A stretch of 64,000 nt of DNA from Bugula neritina (Eukaryota > Animalia > Bryozoa). The stretch covers positions 5,756,722 to 5,820,721 of the forward strand of contig OZ037766.1 in NCBI GenBank assembly GCA_964035545.1. Reading direction: 5' to 3'. Made by a program: the position numbers and the translations under genes. The first letter of the stretch is position 1. Every line of letters starts with the position of its first letter. Shown here in pieces: positions 24,264 through 36,900 of this stretch. Under the pieces are notes generated by a model, which was not told the DNA's origin, did not search any database, and saw only the letters and a program-made list of their open reading frames with translations.

Positions 24264-27200
24264 TTATTGATAAGGGAGAACTTGTAGCTTTTCCTCAAAT
24301 TCTTTAAGTTCTTCATCAGTGAATTGTTGTTTATCTTGAACAGACTAGAAGAAAAAAGTATATACATTATATATAAATATATTTATTACATTTAATGATA
24401 TAAAAGTTCTCTGTGAATATTACTTTTTATTTATTATACAACTAATGGTTCCATGCTACTAGCATTTATCATGCATATTTATATTTCAAATTCGACAGAT
24501 TTACAAGCTATAAATTTAGCAAAAATAATTAAAATAATTTCCATGAAAACATGATATTATATCAATACCTCCCAGCCTTCATCTTGAGACTCAGCTCCCA
24601 GTGTAGCCTTAAATTCCTCCCAGTCCACCATGCCGTCTCTATTTGTGTCTACTTCAGTGAACACATGCTCTCTCATACGATTCATGTCTTCATTTCTCTC
24701 TACACCATCAACTGTCGAGTTAACAGCCTGGTATATTTTATTCAGCTGCAACAGCACACATTACACTTATGGCAATGCAAAAACTAATTACAGCAAGAGC
24801 AGTGGGCATATAATATTGCTGGAAGCTGCTAACAGCAAAATAAAATGATTCATAACTCAACTTGTTTTATGTTCAACAATTTGAATACAGAATAGCACAA
24901 GATTAGGGCCTAATACTAGATATTTACATTCAATTCTACTGAGGGTGTATGTAAATCTATTCTTATTCAAATACTCCTGAATTACACCAGGTACAGAGAT
25001 ACTTTATATGCCTCTATTACATAACAAACACAATGTCTACCTACCTCTCTCTCAAAGAGAGCTTCAACTTCTGAGGGGTCCAACAGACCATCTCCATCGA
25101 TATCTAAATTATATACAATTACTCTTACACATTCACACCATGATATAACTATAATTATAGAGTCTAGTAAATTACTATTCGGTTCAAACACAGCATGTGT
25201 GTCATTGATAAAGAATGTGACATATTATAGACCAACTGGGAGCTAAAGGTTTCATCACCACCCAATATTGGGAAGTTGATCCCCTTTTTAACATAACCAC
25301 ATTTGGAAAAAGGAAAGTAATAGACGCATATTATTTCATAAGGGATATTACTTCATATTATATATATGTAAACAAATACAAGTAGCTGCAATGGCAGTCA
25401 ATAAAGTTTTAAATCTGAGGCATCTCTCAAAGAGTCAAAAGTGCTCAGTCTAGTGCTAAGCGAGCGGTTGATAGGTTAACTAGACGCCTCTCTCAGGATT
25501 TGTTTAGAGTACACAGAAAATGGAGTAAGAAAGTTACACACCATGAGTCATGAAGAATATTCTAGGATTGAAGTCCATGCCAGTCATGTGATCCGTCTTG
25601 TCCCACACCTCTTTCAGTTGCTCTACACCACCCTATGGAACAATCAGATACATACTAACTGTGGTGAAAACTTACGTTAATAGGAAGTAGAATAGTCGTG
25701 TCTAAACTTGAAACAGGAAACAGAAGTTTTCGCAGCAAATGTGCTGGTGCCACATATTGTTATTTTGCAAAGCCTTTTTTCAATGCAGTGATCAAAATAG
25801 TTTATTAGTCTTCCATTAGCGAAACATAATTTAAAAACAGGATTGCATTATTTGCTCTGATGAGAGGGTTGAAAGAGGATGCTGATGGTCTAACATGTTA
25901 AAGACAGTCCAGCCGGTTAGAAAATGGCCCAGTCCAGGATTTTGCTTACCCATGCCTACATGGTAAGAGAATTGTACTTTTGAAGCAAGGCATTTATACA
26001 CCACAGAGGTGAATAGGGCACCATAATTCTACTGCAGGGGTAAAACAGCCTTGAAATTGAAAATAATTCTACTTACTGGGTGATTGATTTTTGGGTGTTT
26101 CCTTGCCTTTTCGAGATGTTCTTTTAGCTTCTTCTGCTGTTCGGCAGAAGAGAGGTCTCTGAATTTAGTCTTGTAGTCGTATGCTTTACGCAGCTCGTGA
26201 TTTTTGAAGTCGCCTTTTCTCAACTCATCTATTTTTGACATGTGAGTAAGTGTCTGTAAAGCAAGTGTTCACGTGTTACCACACACTAACAGTAACTACT
26301 TATAGTTGTGTTACCACACAGTAACAATAACTACTTATAGTTGTGTTACCACACAGTAACAATAACTACTTATAGTTGTGTTACCACACAGTAACAGTAA
26401 CAGCTTATAGCTGTGTTACCACACATTCACTAGTAACTATAGTTGCGAAATGCAAATTTAAATAAATTTCAGCAGAAACATAATATGCATTAGTAGTTTG
26501 ATACAATCGAAACTTTCTCAAAATAAGTAGACTAACAAATTTGATTTTATTCAGAGCTAAGATTAAACAAAAACTTTCAACCAACCAGTATCATAATATA
26601 GACTAAGTCTCCAGATTAGGACACCATCTAGAGTCTAGACCACAAGATGCAAACTTATACGCACCTTAGTGATCAACTTGTGAAGATCTGGTCCACCAAA
26701 TGATGATGGGTTACTGCTGTCTATGTGATCAATGCCAGTCTTGGGCAACTCTAAAAGATATTTTTGAATCAATCATTAGTTGCAACTGACAAGCAAGTTA
26801 TATATATAAATACTGCATTCATATCCAGTTACTGCTATACTTAAATTAGTTTGTAAATATTTCTAAAATAATGCATTACCTTTTTTACTAGGCTTAATGC
26901 CTGATCTAACATATGTACTATGAGCTTCTAAAAATAAAAGAAACGTGCGGTTACTTTAATAAATTATGACATAGATAATAAATAATAATGAATAATGTTT
27001 TATAAATGAGCATAATAATCACACAACAGTCGAACCAAATCAAAATATAGCGTGTATGTGTATAAGCAACTAAAAACAAGATATATATGAATCGAGAGTC
27101 TGTGCTGTGAATCTGTGATAACTTGTTATACACATGCTGTTTAAGTTTATAAGAAGTAGAGAAAGCATATGCCACTATCTACCTGCACATCAATTATTGT

Positions 27201-28711
27201 CAAGTATATCTAGATACCTCTGCAATATTACAAGTAGATTAGGAAACCCTAGAGGTCGGCTTCTGTAAATATTGTTAGTGCTACGACCACAAAAGCCGGG
27301 TAGTTAGTAAAGTGCTAAAAATGCTAAACTTCAATGCCAATGCTTTGGGTAGTAAACCAATAATTATATTATGCCACGGAACCCCATGTAAAGGCAATAA
27401 CAATGGATATTATAGACTACACCTTCTGCAGACAGTCAATTAACAAGAATACTATACAATAAAAGACAGGTACTTGTTGCTCTCTTCATAGCTTTTTTAT
27501 GAAGATCCTTTAAGCGTCTCACTTCGATTCTCTTCAACTCATCCAACTTTGAGCGAGTTTCAGGGGATGCATACATCAATGTATCAGCAACCTCTTTCTA
27601 GGAATAGTAAGCAAATTATATCCCTCGGTGCAATAAACTTAAAAAAACATTAAATACTTAAACTACATCAATTATTATTATGAATACTGATATCAACAGT
27701 AATATAAATACTTTTAATGCAAATAAAACATATTACCTAGTACGTATGCTGCCAAAATTTAAGAATACAAACATTAATAAATAGATTTGTGTGATCACAG
27801 ACAAATTTATATGAATCATTTTTCGAGCAGGTATCATAAAAGGTTTTAGTGAAAACTAATAACACAACATTTAGTATATTTTTTATACCGTTTGATTAGT
27901 TACAATCATAGTGAGTCCACAGACTGACATATAATATTAGTTTCTCTGTAACTCTGCACAATGACATTTTCTCAGAAACCTAACTAACATTATCTTGCTT
28001 TTTTAAACTTGATGTTGTACACTAGTTCTAATTAAGTGACCAAGCCATAAGTTTACAGGTTACAAGTCTACCTATACTCCTAAAAGATAACAAATTGTTA
28101 GCACATTGGTCTTATACTGGTTAGCAGCTTCAACAGTCTCTCAGTGTGAAAACTAGAGTCAAAAAGCATATCAAAACTTTCTTTAACCACCATGAGTCAA
28201 CATTATTGAAGACAACTGAAAAGATGTTTATTGTGTTTTTTTGAGAAAAAAATTAAAGAGAGTAACACACATTCAAACTAAATGTACGATTGAGAGATTG
28301 ATTGGACACCTCATTAGTGTGAGTAAGAGATTTGGCTGCCTCCTGGAAACTTTCATCAGCCTCTAACAGCTCACTGACTTGTTTCAGATAACGAGAATAT
28401 TCAATTTGGAAATCCTTATCTGCCTGAAAGATAGTCATACAGGCATATAACAAGCCTAGACAGTATATAAAAACTCTATAAATAGTATTTGGTGAAAGCA
28501 AAGTCAAATTCACAAACATATTTAGCCCATCAACACTATGGCCATAGATGGCTGAAAATATGATGTAGTTAGTTTAGTAAGAGCTGTCTTAATAACTCAC
28601 TACATTGTCAGCATTTCCATCGGAATCTACTGTAGCTGCCATTGTGGGCTGCAACATACTAGCTATGTGCAATATCACCCACAGTGATACAATCTGTTGC
28701 AGCACAGCCAT
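24264..28711 (-). CDS. NUCB: Nucleobindin (NUCB1/NUCB2 family; secretory-pathway Ca2+-binding EF-hand protein), ~340 aa
   Basis: Signal-peptide exon 28711-28601, then YSRYLKQVSELLEAD, RSKLDELKRIEVRRL, HIDSSNPSSFGGPDLHKLI, KHPKINHP|GGVEQLKEVW..FNPRIFF, EF-hand 1 DIDGDGLLDPSE (~25103-25045), EF-hand 2 DTNRDGMVDWEE (24745-24569), and last exon FTDEELKEFEE..PYQ* with TAA at 24266-24264. Cannot be assigned to NUCB1 versus NUCB2. Confidence 0.92.
26273..26425. repeat. Intronic minisatellite, 35-bp unit x ~4.4
   Basis: GTGTTACCACACAGTAACAATAACTACTTATAGTT repeated head-to-tail, ~20 bp from the nucleobindin 3' splice site at 26254. Confidence 0.92.
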
Positions 28712-29745
28712 CTCAATCTTTTCTTGACTTTATCAAACTAATTTACTAAAGAAAAAAAGTTGAAAACAAAAGAAAATGTGTGTTGAATAAAAAACTCAAA
28801 CAAAAAAGGGAAAAATATCAATAAATTTGTAACTTCGCAACTTACAAAAACTTATCTCTTACTACCTTACAGCTACTGTAGTACATCCACAAATAAATCG
28901 CTAAAGTTTATAAATAAATCATTATTGTTAAATTTATAAAAAAAACATTAAATATTCAAATTATTATGAATATTTATACCAACACTGCAACAGTAATAAT
29001 CATATAAATACAAAATTAATAATATTATTTTACTAATACAACATTATAATCATTGGTTTACTAATAGCAATAGAGTAAGAGTAATACTTATAATGCAAAT
29101 AACACATATCACATATTTATATTTATATCTAATTTGATATTAGTGCTACTGTTAGTATGATCACAATATTCAACTTTATACCAACTGCAAATAATAAAAC
29201 ATAATTATAATATCAAATAATTTAAATCATATTGATAATTTCAATGATGATAATTAAAAGAATATTAATATGATTTTATTGAAATTGAATATCATAAAAC
29301 GCATATTAATAATCTCACATTGATTATTGATATTAGTATTAACAGTAGAGTACTAGTAGTAGTAGTAGTAGTACTAGCCCGAAGTTTAATACTAGGCTAA
29401 AACTATCAGTATGAGTATCAGTATGAGTATGAGATAGTTTCAAATTCAATATTTATAACAATTATAGAATTAAATCATTATGATTATGATTATAATTATA
29501 TTTATAATTATTAGTATTACTATGAGTATGAGATTACATTTACTATGACTATAAGTATAAGCATAAATAAAAATTCATTATTAATAATAATATTTAATGT
29601 TTATAACATTCAATTATTATGTAAATTCAACTTGAATGAAATTCCAACTGAAAGACTTAGAGCTAAAAGTAAAAGCTGCTGTGATACCCTGATTGGTCTG
29701 AAAGTGGAAGACAAATAAAAGCTCCGACAAAATAAAGAAACGTTC

Positions 29746-29901
29746 TATAAGCAGCTTCAAGTTGGGGGTGATTGAGTGCAATAGTTTAAGATTCTAGAGT
29801 TTGGAGTTGGGGAGTTCCAAGTTCTAACTTAAATTTCTAACTTTGAACTTGAGAAGCTTAAACTACTGCACTCAGCCACCCTCAACTTGTAGCTGTTTAT
29901 A
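29746..29901. repeat. ~156-bp imperfect fold-back (MITE-like or structured RNA)
   Basis: Left arm TATAAGCAGCTTCAAGTTGGGGGTGATTGAGTGCAATAGTTTAAG matches the reverse complement of the right arm, TATAAACAGCTACAAGTTGAGGGTGGCTGAGTGCAGTAGTTTTAAG. TA is present at both ends. Confidence 0.85.
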
Positions 29902-30121
29902 AAACAATTCAAAACTGAAGCTACGAAATAAAAGTTTAATGGAACACCTAAAAACATAGGCTGTGAACTATGTTTGTTCACTTTTCATTTTACGTCGGTA
30001 CAAAAGCTGTTGGCCGAAAGTCTAATAAAAGCAATATTGCTCTATTCAGAGTTGTCTCCTCTAAGCAAGCTCTCTCGATGCATATCGCTATAGTTATTTC
30101 ATGTATATAATATTATGTAAA

Positions 30122-30505
30122 AGCAATATATACAGAGGCAGTAGCACTACACAGATACACGGCTGAAAATACTCAACTGAACTGTTGATGGGCTGTGAAA
30201 GATGGGCAGTAAGACAATGAAGCTGGTGACAATGAGTTGTGCACTCCACCTAAGAGCAGATGTGGACAGGCCGTATGTTAGCAGAAAATAAGTTGGTAGA
30301 CAGGTAGATGAATGTGAAAGGATTGGATATTGCAGTTTGTCAGATTACCTAAAGGAAACTGGCATAGATCGAGACACCATGCACCCTGCATAACTTTCCA
30401 AAAGGACAAAACCGCAGTAAACTATAATGAATGACAAAGTTATAGAGAGAGCTGGTGTTTGGAAAAGAAAGCTAGCTCTGGTTGGTTGAAAATCTATAAT
30501 TTAGC
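30122..30505 (+). mobile_element. Decayed fragment of an R4/Dong-type non-LTR retrotransposon (post-RT region)
   Basis: The broken translation AIYTEAVALHRYTA...TMKLVTMSCALHLRADVDRPYVSRK*VGR..DECERIGYCSLSDYLK...SGWLK follows the recalled R4-clade motif series AINTWAV..RY.A / KTRKLLTM.GALHPRADVDRLYV.RK.GGRG / SW.WL. It contains a stop codon and indels. Confidence 0.7.
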
Positions 30506-30932
30506 ACAGCAGTACTATTTAGAGCCAATCAGGTACAAACATATAAAATCATTCACTATTACTTTTTTTAAGAGTTGTGCATATATTTATAAACATATTC
30601 AAGGTTTAATAATTAATGTGAAGCCTCAATTGCTTAAATTATGGTACTTTGCCATACTTCAATTACAGCTAATAGTTCCACAGTGTTACATAATTGCATC
30701 GGCAAAAAGAAATCAATTTTAGCTATTGAATTCAATTCAACATATGAGAGAGTAAAATTTATTCTAAAAATATACTGTACATTATATAAAATTTTGAGTG
30801 CTATCTTATCAGGTTTTTGTGGGTACTGCCAGATGTCTCTAGCTGAGTAATTTGCATAAGACTAAACAAGTTTCTAACTTTGCAATACTAAATGCGTTCT
30901 TAGAAACAGAATTACACGTGGCTTACTATAAA

Positions 30933-33900
30933 ATGTATTTTAGTTTTCAAATAACATTCTGGGTAACAGCACTAGCTGTTGCTACTTTACTGAAAGGTAG
31001 GCTATAAGGCACGTTTTCAATTTAAAATTGAAAAGCAATGTATTTTTTATCATCAGTTATTTACCTTGTGAAGTTGTCTTTTCTATGAGTATTTTATCAA
31101 CTCTGATCTTGTAGATGTGAAGGGTCTGTCCTTTTCTGGTTGCTTTACCCTAGCACCAGATCTCAAAGTTCCTACGAATGTAGAAGTGCTAGGGTGGAGT
31201 GATAAATCGACGTCTTCGGCTATTAGTGTTAGGTTTTGTGTAAATCATTGCGTGGATAAGAGAAAGAAATATGCTGGAATTGTGGCGGTATAATTATGCT
31301 AAATATTTAATACTAATCTTTTAGAGTTTACTATGAATTTGAGTTTGCAACTGTATTAATTGTTGTGCCTTTTTGCATTGCGTAGGGGAGCTCTAGTACT
31401 AAGCCCGCTTGTGTGTGTGGAACTGAGCGAGCCTTCACTCAGCTAGGAGTGGCCGACCACAGTCAGTCTCAGTTGCCATGTACTCACAGCGTTTGGTATA
31501 TGAAAACATACGTAGCCTACGGTGAGTTGCTTTTGGACTTTGCATGTGAACTTGTCAGCTTATTGTACTCATCCTGTCCAGACAATTTCTGACACATTAC
31601 ACATCTCAGTAAGAGCAACTGCTAGACATTTCATATCTGTTTTATTGCTATGAATATCAGAGATCTATAATATAATATAAGCTAGTGCAGATACTTTAAA
31701 AGTTGGAAACAATAGATTATATTTCTACAACAGAGTCAAAATAGTATACACATTTTGCTGTTGAAGAGAAAACAACTTTTACAAGTTATATAGCTTTAGC
31801 TAATTGATTTGTGGAAATATTTTCACTTATTAATATGAGATTAACAGCATGTTTCTCACTTAAAATTCAGGAGGTATAAGCAGTAAGTAATGGAGAAATT
31901 AAACAAAGCCTATTTTTCAGATAAGAAACATAGCAACAAAGTCATGTTCTTGCAAGCATTTTCAAAATTGAGACAATTAAAGGACTCAAGCTATTGAAAT
32001 TTTTCTGCTACTCAAATGAAATGTATTGGTTGTTAACATAAATAATTGCATGTGCTTAACCAGCTAGGCATCAAGTGGTTTTCTATACAAAATTTGCATA
32101 GTGATCCCATGCATTTTAAATATATACTATGCTATTGTAGCTTTTGGCTGGAATTATATAAACATTACAGCTGCTTCATATCAATTACATTATATATTAT
32201 TCATTAACGTCACCATACACTCTATATAGCTGCTGATAGAAATTTATTTTAGTAATATTTGAAAAATATTATGGATTAATCTTATGTTGTGCAGAATTCA
32301 CTATACATTCCTTATAATATAAGAACAATAATTGTAGGTGATGTCAGCTCACAGAGAGTGGGTTGCTATAGAGAGGTAGATGATGCAAATAACTTAGCCT
32401 CTTCCACTCATACTTGGTTTGATACGTGGATGATGTCCCCCAACTTCTGCATAAAGTACTGCGATGCAAATGGAGCTTCATTCGCTAATTTAAAAGTATG
32501 TCACTTTCATAAAAAAATTTTCTTTGTATTGTATTTTTCCAAAGTCAAAATTTATATAATTAGAAATACTCTATATGCCTTTAATCATAAACCTATTATA
32601 AATAAGTTTAAAATTCGATATATTTTTTGTGCTTTTGATTTTATGCAATATGTTCTTGTAGAAAGGCAATACTTGCTCCTGTGGTATTAGCTTTGCTAAA
32701 CATGGCAGGGTAGATGACTCCCAGTGTAACAAAGCATGTGCTGGAAGTCTTGGGGAAAAGTGTGGTGGAGATCTGGCTAATTCAGTCTATAGTACCACTT
32801 GTAGGTTATCCTTCACTGTTGATTTTATCCTTGAACTTTATTGATTATATTTCTTATATAGACTGGGGCTTAATATTTATTACTGTAGTGAAAATTTAAA
32901 TCTGCTTTGAAGTGTGTCACATAACAATCCTTAGTAGCTTAGTAGCAAATATTTACTCAATTTAAAATGAAAGCATCTTTACAGCATTAAACGAGCTGCT
33001 TAGACCAGGAACTAGCCTGAGGCCCAATGGATTCCAAGTTGGTCAGCCCGTCAAAGTACCTAAAACACAAACACTCATCAAAAATCTATTTGATCTGCAA
33101 CAGGCTATTAACAATCAAGTCCCTAATCAGGATGTACAGAACGTTGGAAACACTCTATTTCAAGGACAGGAGCAGTTGCAGGCTATAATGGGTAGTCAAT
33201 TGTTATCTCAAGTTTCCTTGTTCTGTTCAATGTACAGGTAGAAATAACTTCTGAATCTCAACAATTGAGTGTCGAGATGTTGATTTTCACTAGATTCGAG
33301 TTATTTAGTGTTTGTGCAGACAACTCCAAATTATATACAGAAAATTACTGCTTACATTTATTTGAAATTATTAGGCTTATAAACTGTAAGTTTAATTCTG
33401 AGTTTCCTAATGCACTACCGCAACTAATAATTTTATTTCCTTATTATGTATAGCTCAAGGTCTCAGCCTGTAGATAACACTTATTCATATATCTATAGAT
33501 TTGAAGGCGCCTCTAGAGGCTCTTGGAAAGTCTCAAGGCTTTGGTCTCTCTAACTCTGCAGACACGAGGCAATGGCTTGCCTTTGATTTTCCAGCGGAAC
33601 TTCAAATCTTTGCAGATGTCATCAAAACAGCTCATAATTTTATAGATGTTGTAAGTTTATCTGTTTTCTTAGAAATTAGAAGTACATTTTACCACATGAT
33701 TGGATCTGTTTAATTTAATACAATTAAGTCTATTTTACGTTTGCAACATTCTTGTAACATGCGCAAGCTTTCCCATAAAGTTTTCTAGCTTGTTTCTTCA
33801 TATTGTGGTTTTTGGGATTAACTTATCTGAACCCATTTCTGCTAAACTGCTAATGCCTATGCTATATATCATGTTTCAATGTCTGGCTATACAATATTAT

Positions 33901-36900
33901 GATTTAAATTTTAATAAAAGTTTTAATATTTTGAAGAAAGTAAAAAACCTGATTAATCAAGTTAATCGCTATTCTCGGCTTTCTGCTGCATTGAAACCTG
34001 CAATCAGTGAGACACTAAATAAGTTGATGAACTACGTCCAGAATGGCTTGAAGATCACAGACGTGGAGCAATCTGTCCAAGTTGGTAGGCATTGGTTTTG
34101 TTGCAGCTTTCTATGTTGGAAAGTTTTGTTGTTTCAATTGAAACCAAATATTTTAGTGAACAAGCTACCTATTATTATAAATCTCATCGTAATTCATTGC
34201 ATTTGCATTCTAACTTGAAAACCTGCTTAATTTTTTAATCCTATTATCAACTCATCTATTAATTGTTATATTTACAAAAAAAAATGGTTAAGTTATTATT
34301 TTGAGTAGAAATTTAACTCACATTTGAGCTGAGATAGAAAAAAGTCAACCGTGATGGTAATATTTGTTGCAGCGCAACTGATGATCTCAGCTAGTGGGAA
34401 TTGTCTCCCACTGTTGACATCAAAGCAATCGGAGATGATAAACAACCTAGAGTCTGTATCCCAGTCACTCATAGATGGGCCGAGGGGTACAAAGAAGCTA
34501 ATACAATACTTGATGGACCCGTTTGCTGGCTCAGCCATCACAGCAGTTGCTCCTCCAAATGTGGACAGCAAGAAATGGAAGGGTTAGTTGTTATTACTTA
34601 TATCAGAAGGCTTTTAGGAAGCAGCTGTGGTCTAGGGGTTAAAGTGTGGTCTAGGGGCTAGAGGGTTTGCCTAGGAAGCCAGAAGTCATTGGTTTAAACT
34701 CCGACAAAGGCCATTGGTGGTGTTAGGAATGGCATCCAGTCATAATTGCTCCTGTGCCTCATCTAAATAAGTTCTTAGCCTGATTTAACAAAAAAAACCT
34801 TTCCATCAGGAGTTTCTTACAGGGATGGTGACTCTAAACTTGCGTGAGTTGTTTTTTTGTCGGAAGTATTTTGCTCTACGGCATAGCTTATAGAATTAAT
34901 GCAATTTAGTTTAGTTGGTTAATGGACATAAAGGTAAATCTTTTTTTGTCAAACATTATTTTGCCTCTCACCTCAATTGCAGACAGTATAAAAGAGATTG
35001 AAACTGGCTGGTTTACATTCCTGTCTACTAATGGAATACAGTTTGGGAATCTTGTGTTGAGTCCATATCAAGTGTGTGATGGACCCAGTGGTGGCAACTG
35101 CACGGTAAGGCTTTCTACTAGAACTTAGAAAATATAAAAGATTTTGCTCTTTTCTGTTTAAACTATAATATTTTATTCACACATAACATTAAGCTGAAGT
35201 GTTTATATTGTAGTATTGTTTTACCAGATTCATATCAAAAGAAAAATTCTTTAACCTTTTTGGTAATTGTGTATATTTTATTTTCTGCTCTAATAGCAAA
35301 GCTTCAACAAACTGGTAAATTTTGGATGTGGATTTGCAAATGTAGAGTTGCCTCGTTCTTGACATAATAAGCTAATGTGGCTGTATAATTAATATAGTGC
35401 AATGTGGCATTGCAGCCCTATATATATAACCTATATAGCCCTAAATGTTTAGAAATGCAGTAATTTTCACCATCTTTTTATGCAAGAAAAATAATTAAAA
35501 TTTGTAAAGCAATTTTTTATTTCAAATTTTTCCAATGAAAAAAGACAACTCCAACTTTAAAGATTGTACTCTAGAAACACATTATCTTCACAAGAATTTA
35601 TATTTGAGTATAACAATGTTTTAGAGACTTTACTTTTACCGCGGCATGCAGATTAAAAACATTGAGCTATTATGATGTGCATGGTGTAGGGTAGCTCACA
35701 ACATTAATGCAGTATATTATGTATATTATAGTTGTCTACTAGGCACCAAGAATCAGTTGATTAAACTATGGAATATGTTCAAACAAGCGTTAATTTCAAA
35801 GCTTTGTTATAAATATATTGCATGTGTTCTATAGATGGTTGACATCAGCTTCATTGATTTAGTAAAGAGACCAGGAGACAATGATGCAAAGAAGGCAACC
35901 AGCACCTTCATTAGCGGTTTCAAGGCAGCATTTGAAGCTTTTGATTGGTCTATTTGTATGTAAATTACGTTATCCTATCTTTCACATAATTTTGAATAAC
36001 ATTGTTGATACTTTTGTACTCTGTACACTCCCATAACAGATGAATTAAAATACTAAATACATGCTTAAACTGCTTCAAAATTCTTTTGTTGACAATTTTA
36101 TGGAATTGTCTTGCATGCTTTTCATTAGGCCAAACACAGCTGCTATACATGTATGCTACCTGATTAAAATGCTAAGATAAATTTTGCTTGTTTGTCTATG
36201 AGTTATTAATGTTATTCCCCCTATTCACACTTACCGTACCGTACGCCGTAACAGCAAGTTTTAGCGATTTTTGTTAACATCCGGGATAAATCGTACTCCG
36301 GTATACGTTGCGGTGCTGATCAAGCAGTGCTTGATTCAAAAAATCACGGCGGGCTCCTATTGGGTAGAGTTGATGTGGTACTAAAATTTAAAGAACATTT
36401 TCGCTAGTTTATTTTAATCGCTTATTTTTGATTTAATTTAACCAATTCAAAAGTTTTAAAAGATTAAAAAATCTTTATCCGGCTTGTTTGAATTAAACTC
36501 AGCTTAAAAATCTAACTTTCCCTAATCACAAAATCGAGCAAACCAAAAACTTAAAACTGATTTGGACGGCTTAAATATTCATTATTTAAATTAGTTTGCA
36601 CAATTATTTTAAAAACGGATATCTTTAAAAGAAAGATTCTTTTCATGTTATTGCTTTTATAATTTAGTAAATAGCATTTATATAACATCTTTTGATAAGA
36701 ATGTTGCGAATAATTTGTAAATAATATTCAAAGGCGTTCAAATCACCGCAGACAAGAGTTGGCTTTATTATGATTGGTCACAGCTCAACGTCATGCATTT
36801 TACTTTTACGGCAATGTGTGAACACCCGTTGACAAAATGCAACAGCGTCGCCATTTTATTTTTGCTGTTACGGCGTACGATACGGTAAGTGTGAATGAGG

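Noticed and set aside
24240-24266. Short in-frame continuation after the nucleobindin stop (possible read-through)
   Set aside because: The stop is TAA, it would add only 7 residues, and there is no read-through context or recognisable signal.
26273-26425. 35-bp repeats of CRISPR-like length
   Set aside because: Units are head-to-tail with no unique spacers, there are no cas genes, and the site is a eukaryotic intron. It is a minisatellite.
33700-34218. 172-aa ORF with hydrophobic ends suggesting a membrane protein
   Set aside because: Only 33937-34084 aligns with paralogue B and has splice sites. The hydrophobic flanks are AT-rich intron read-through.
34618-34700. Possible tRNA genes here and at 42730-42805 and 8486-8545
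   Set aside because: A/B boxes are present but the stems are degenerate and the sequence runs into a non-tRNA body (shared between the first two copies). These are SINE heads, not tRNAs.
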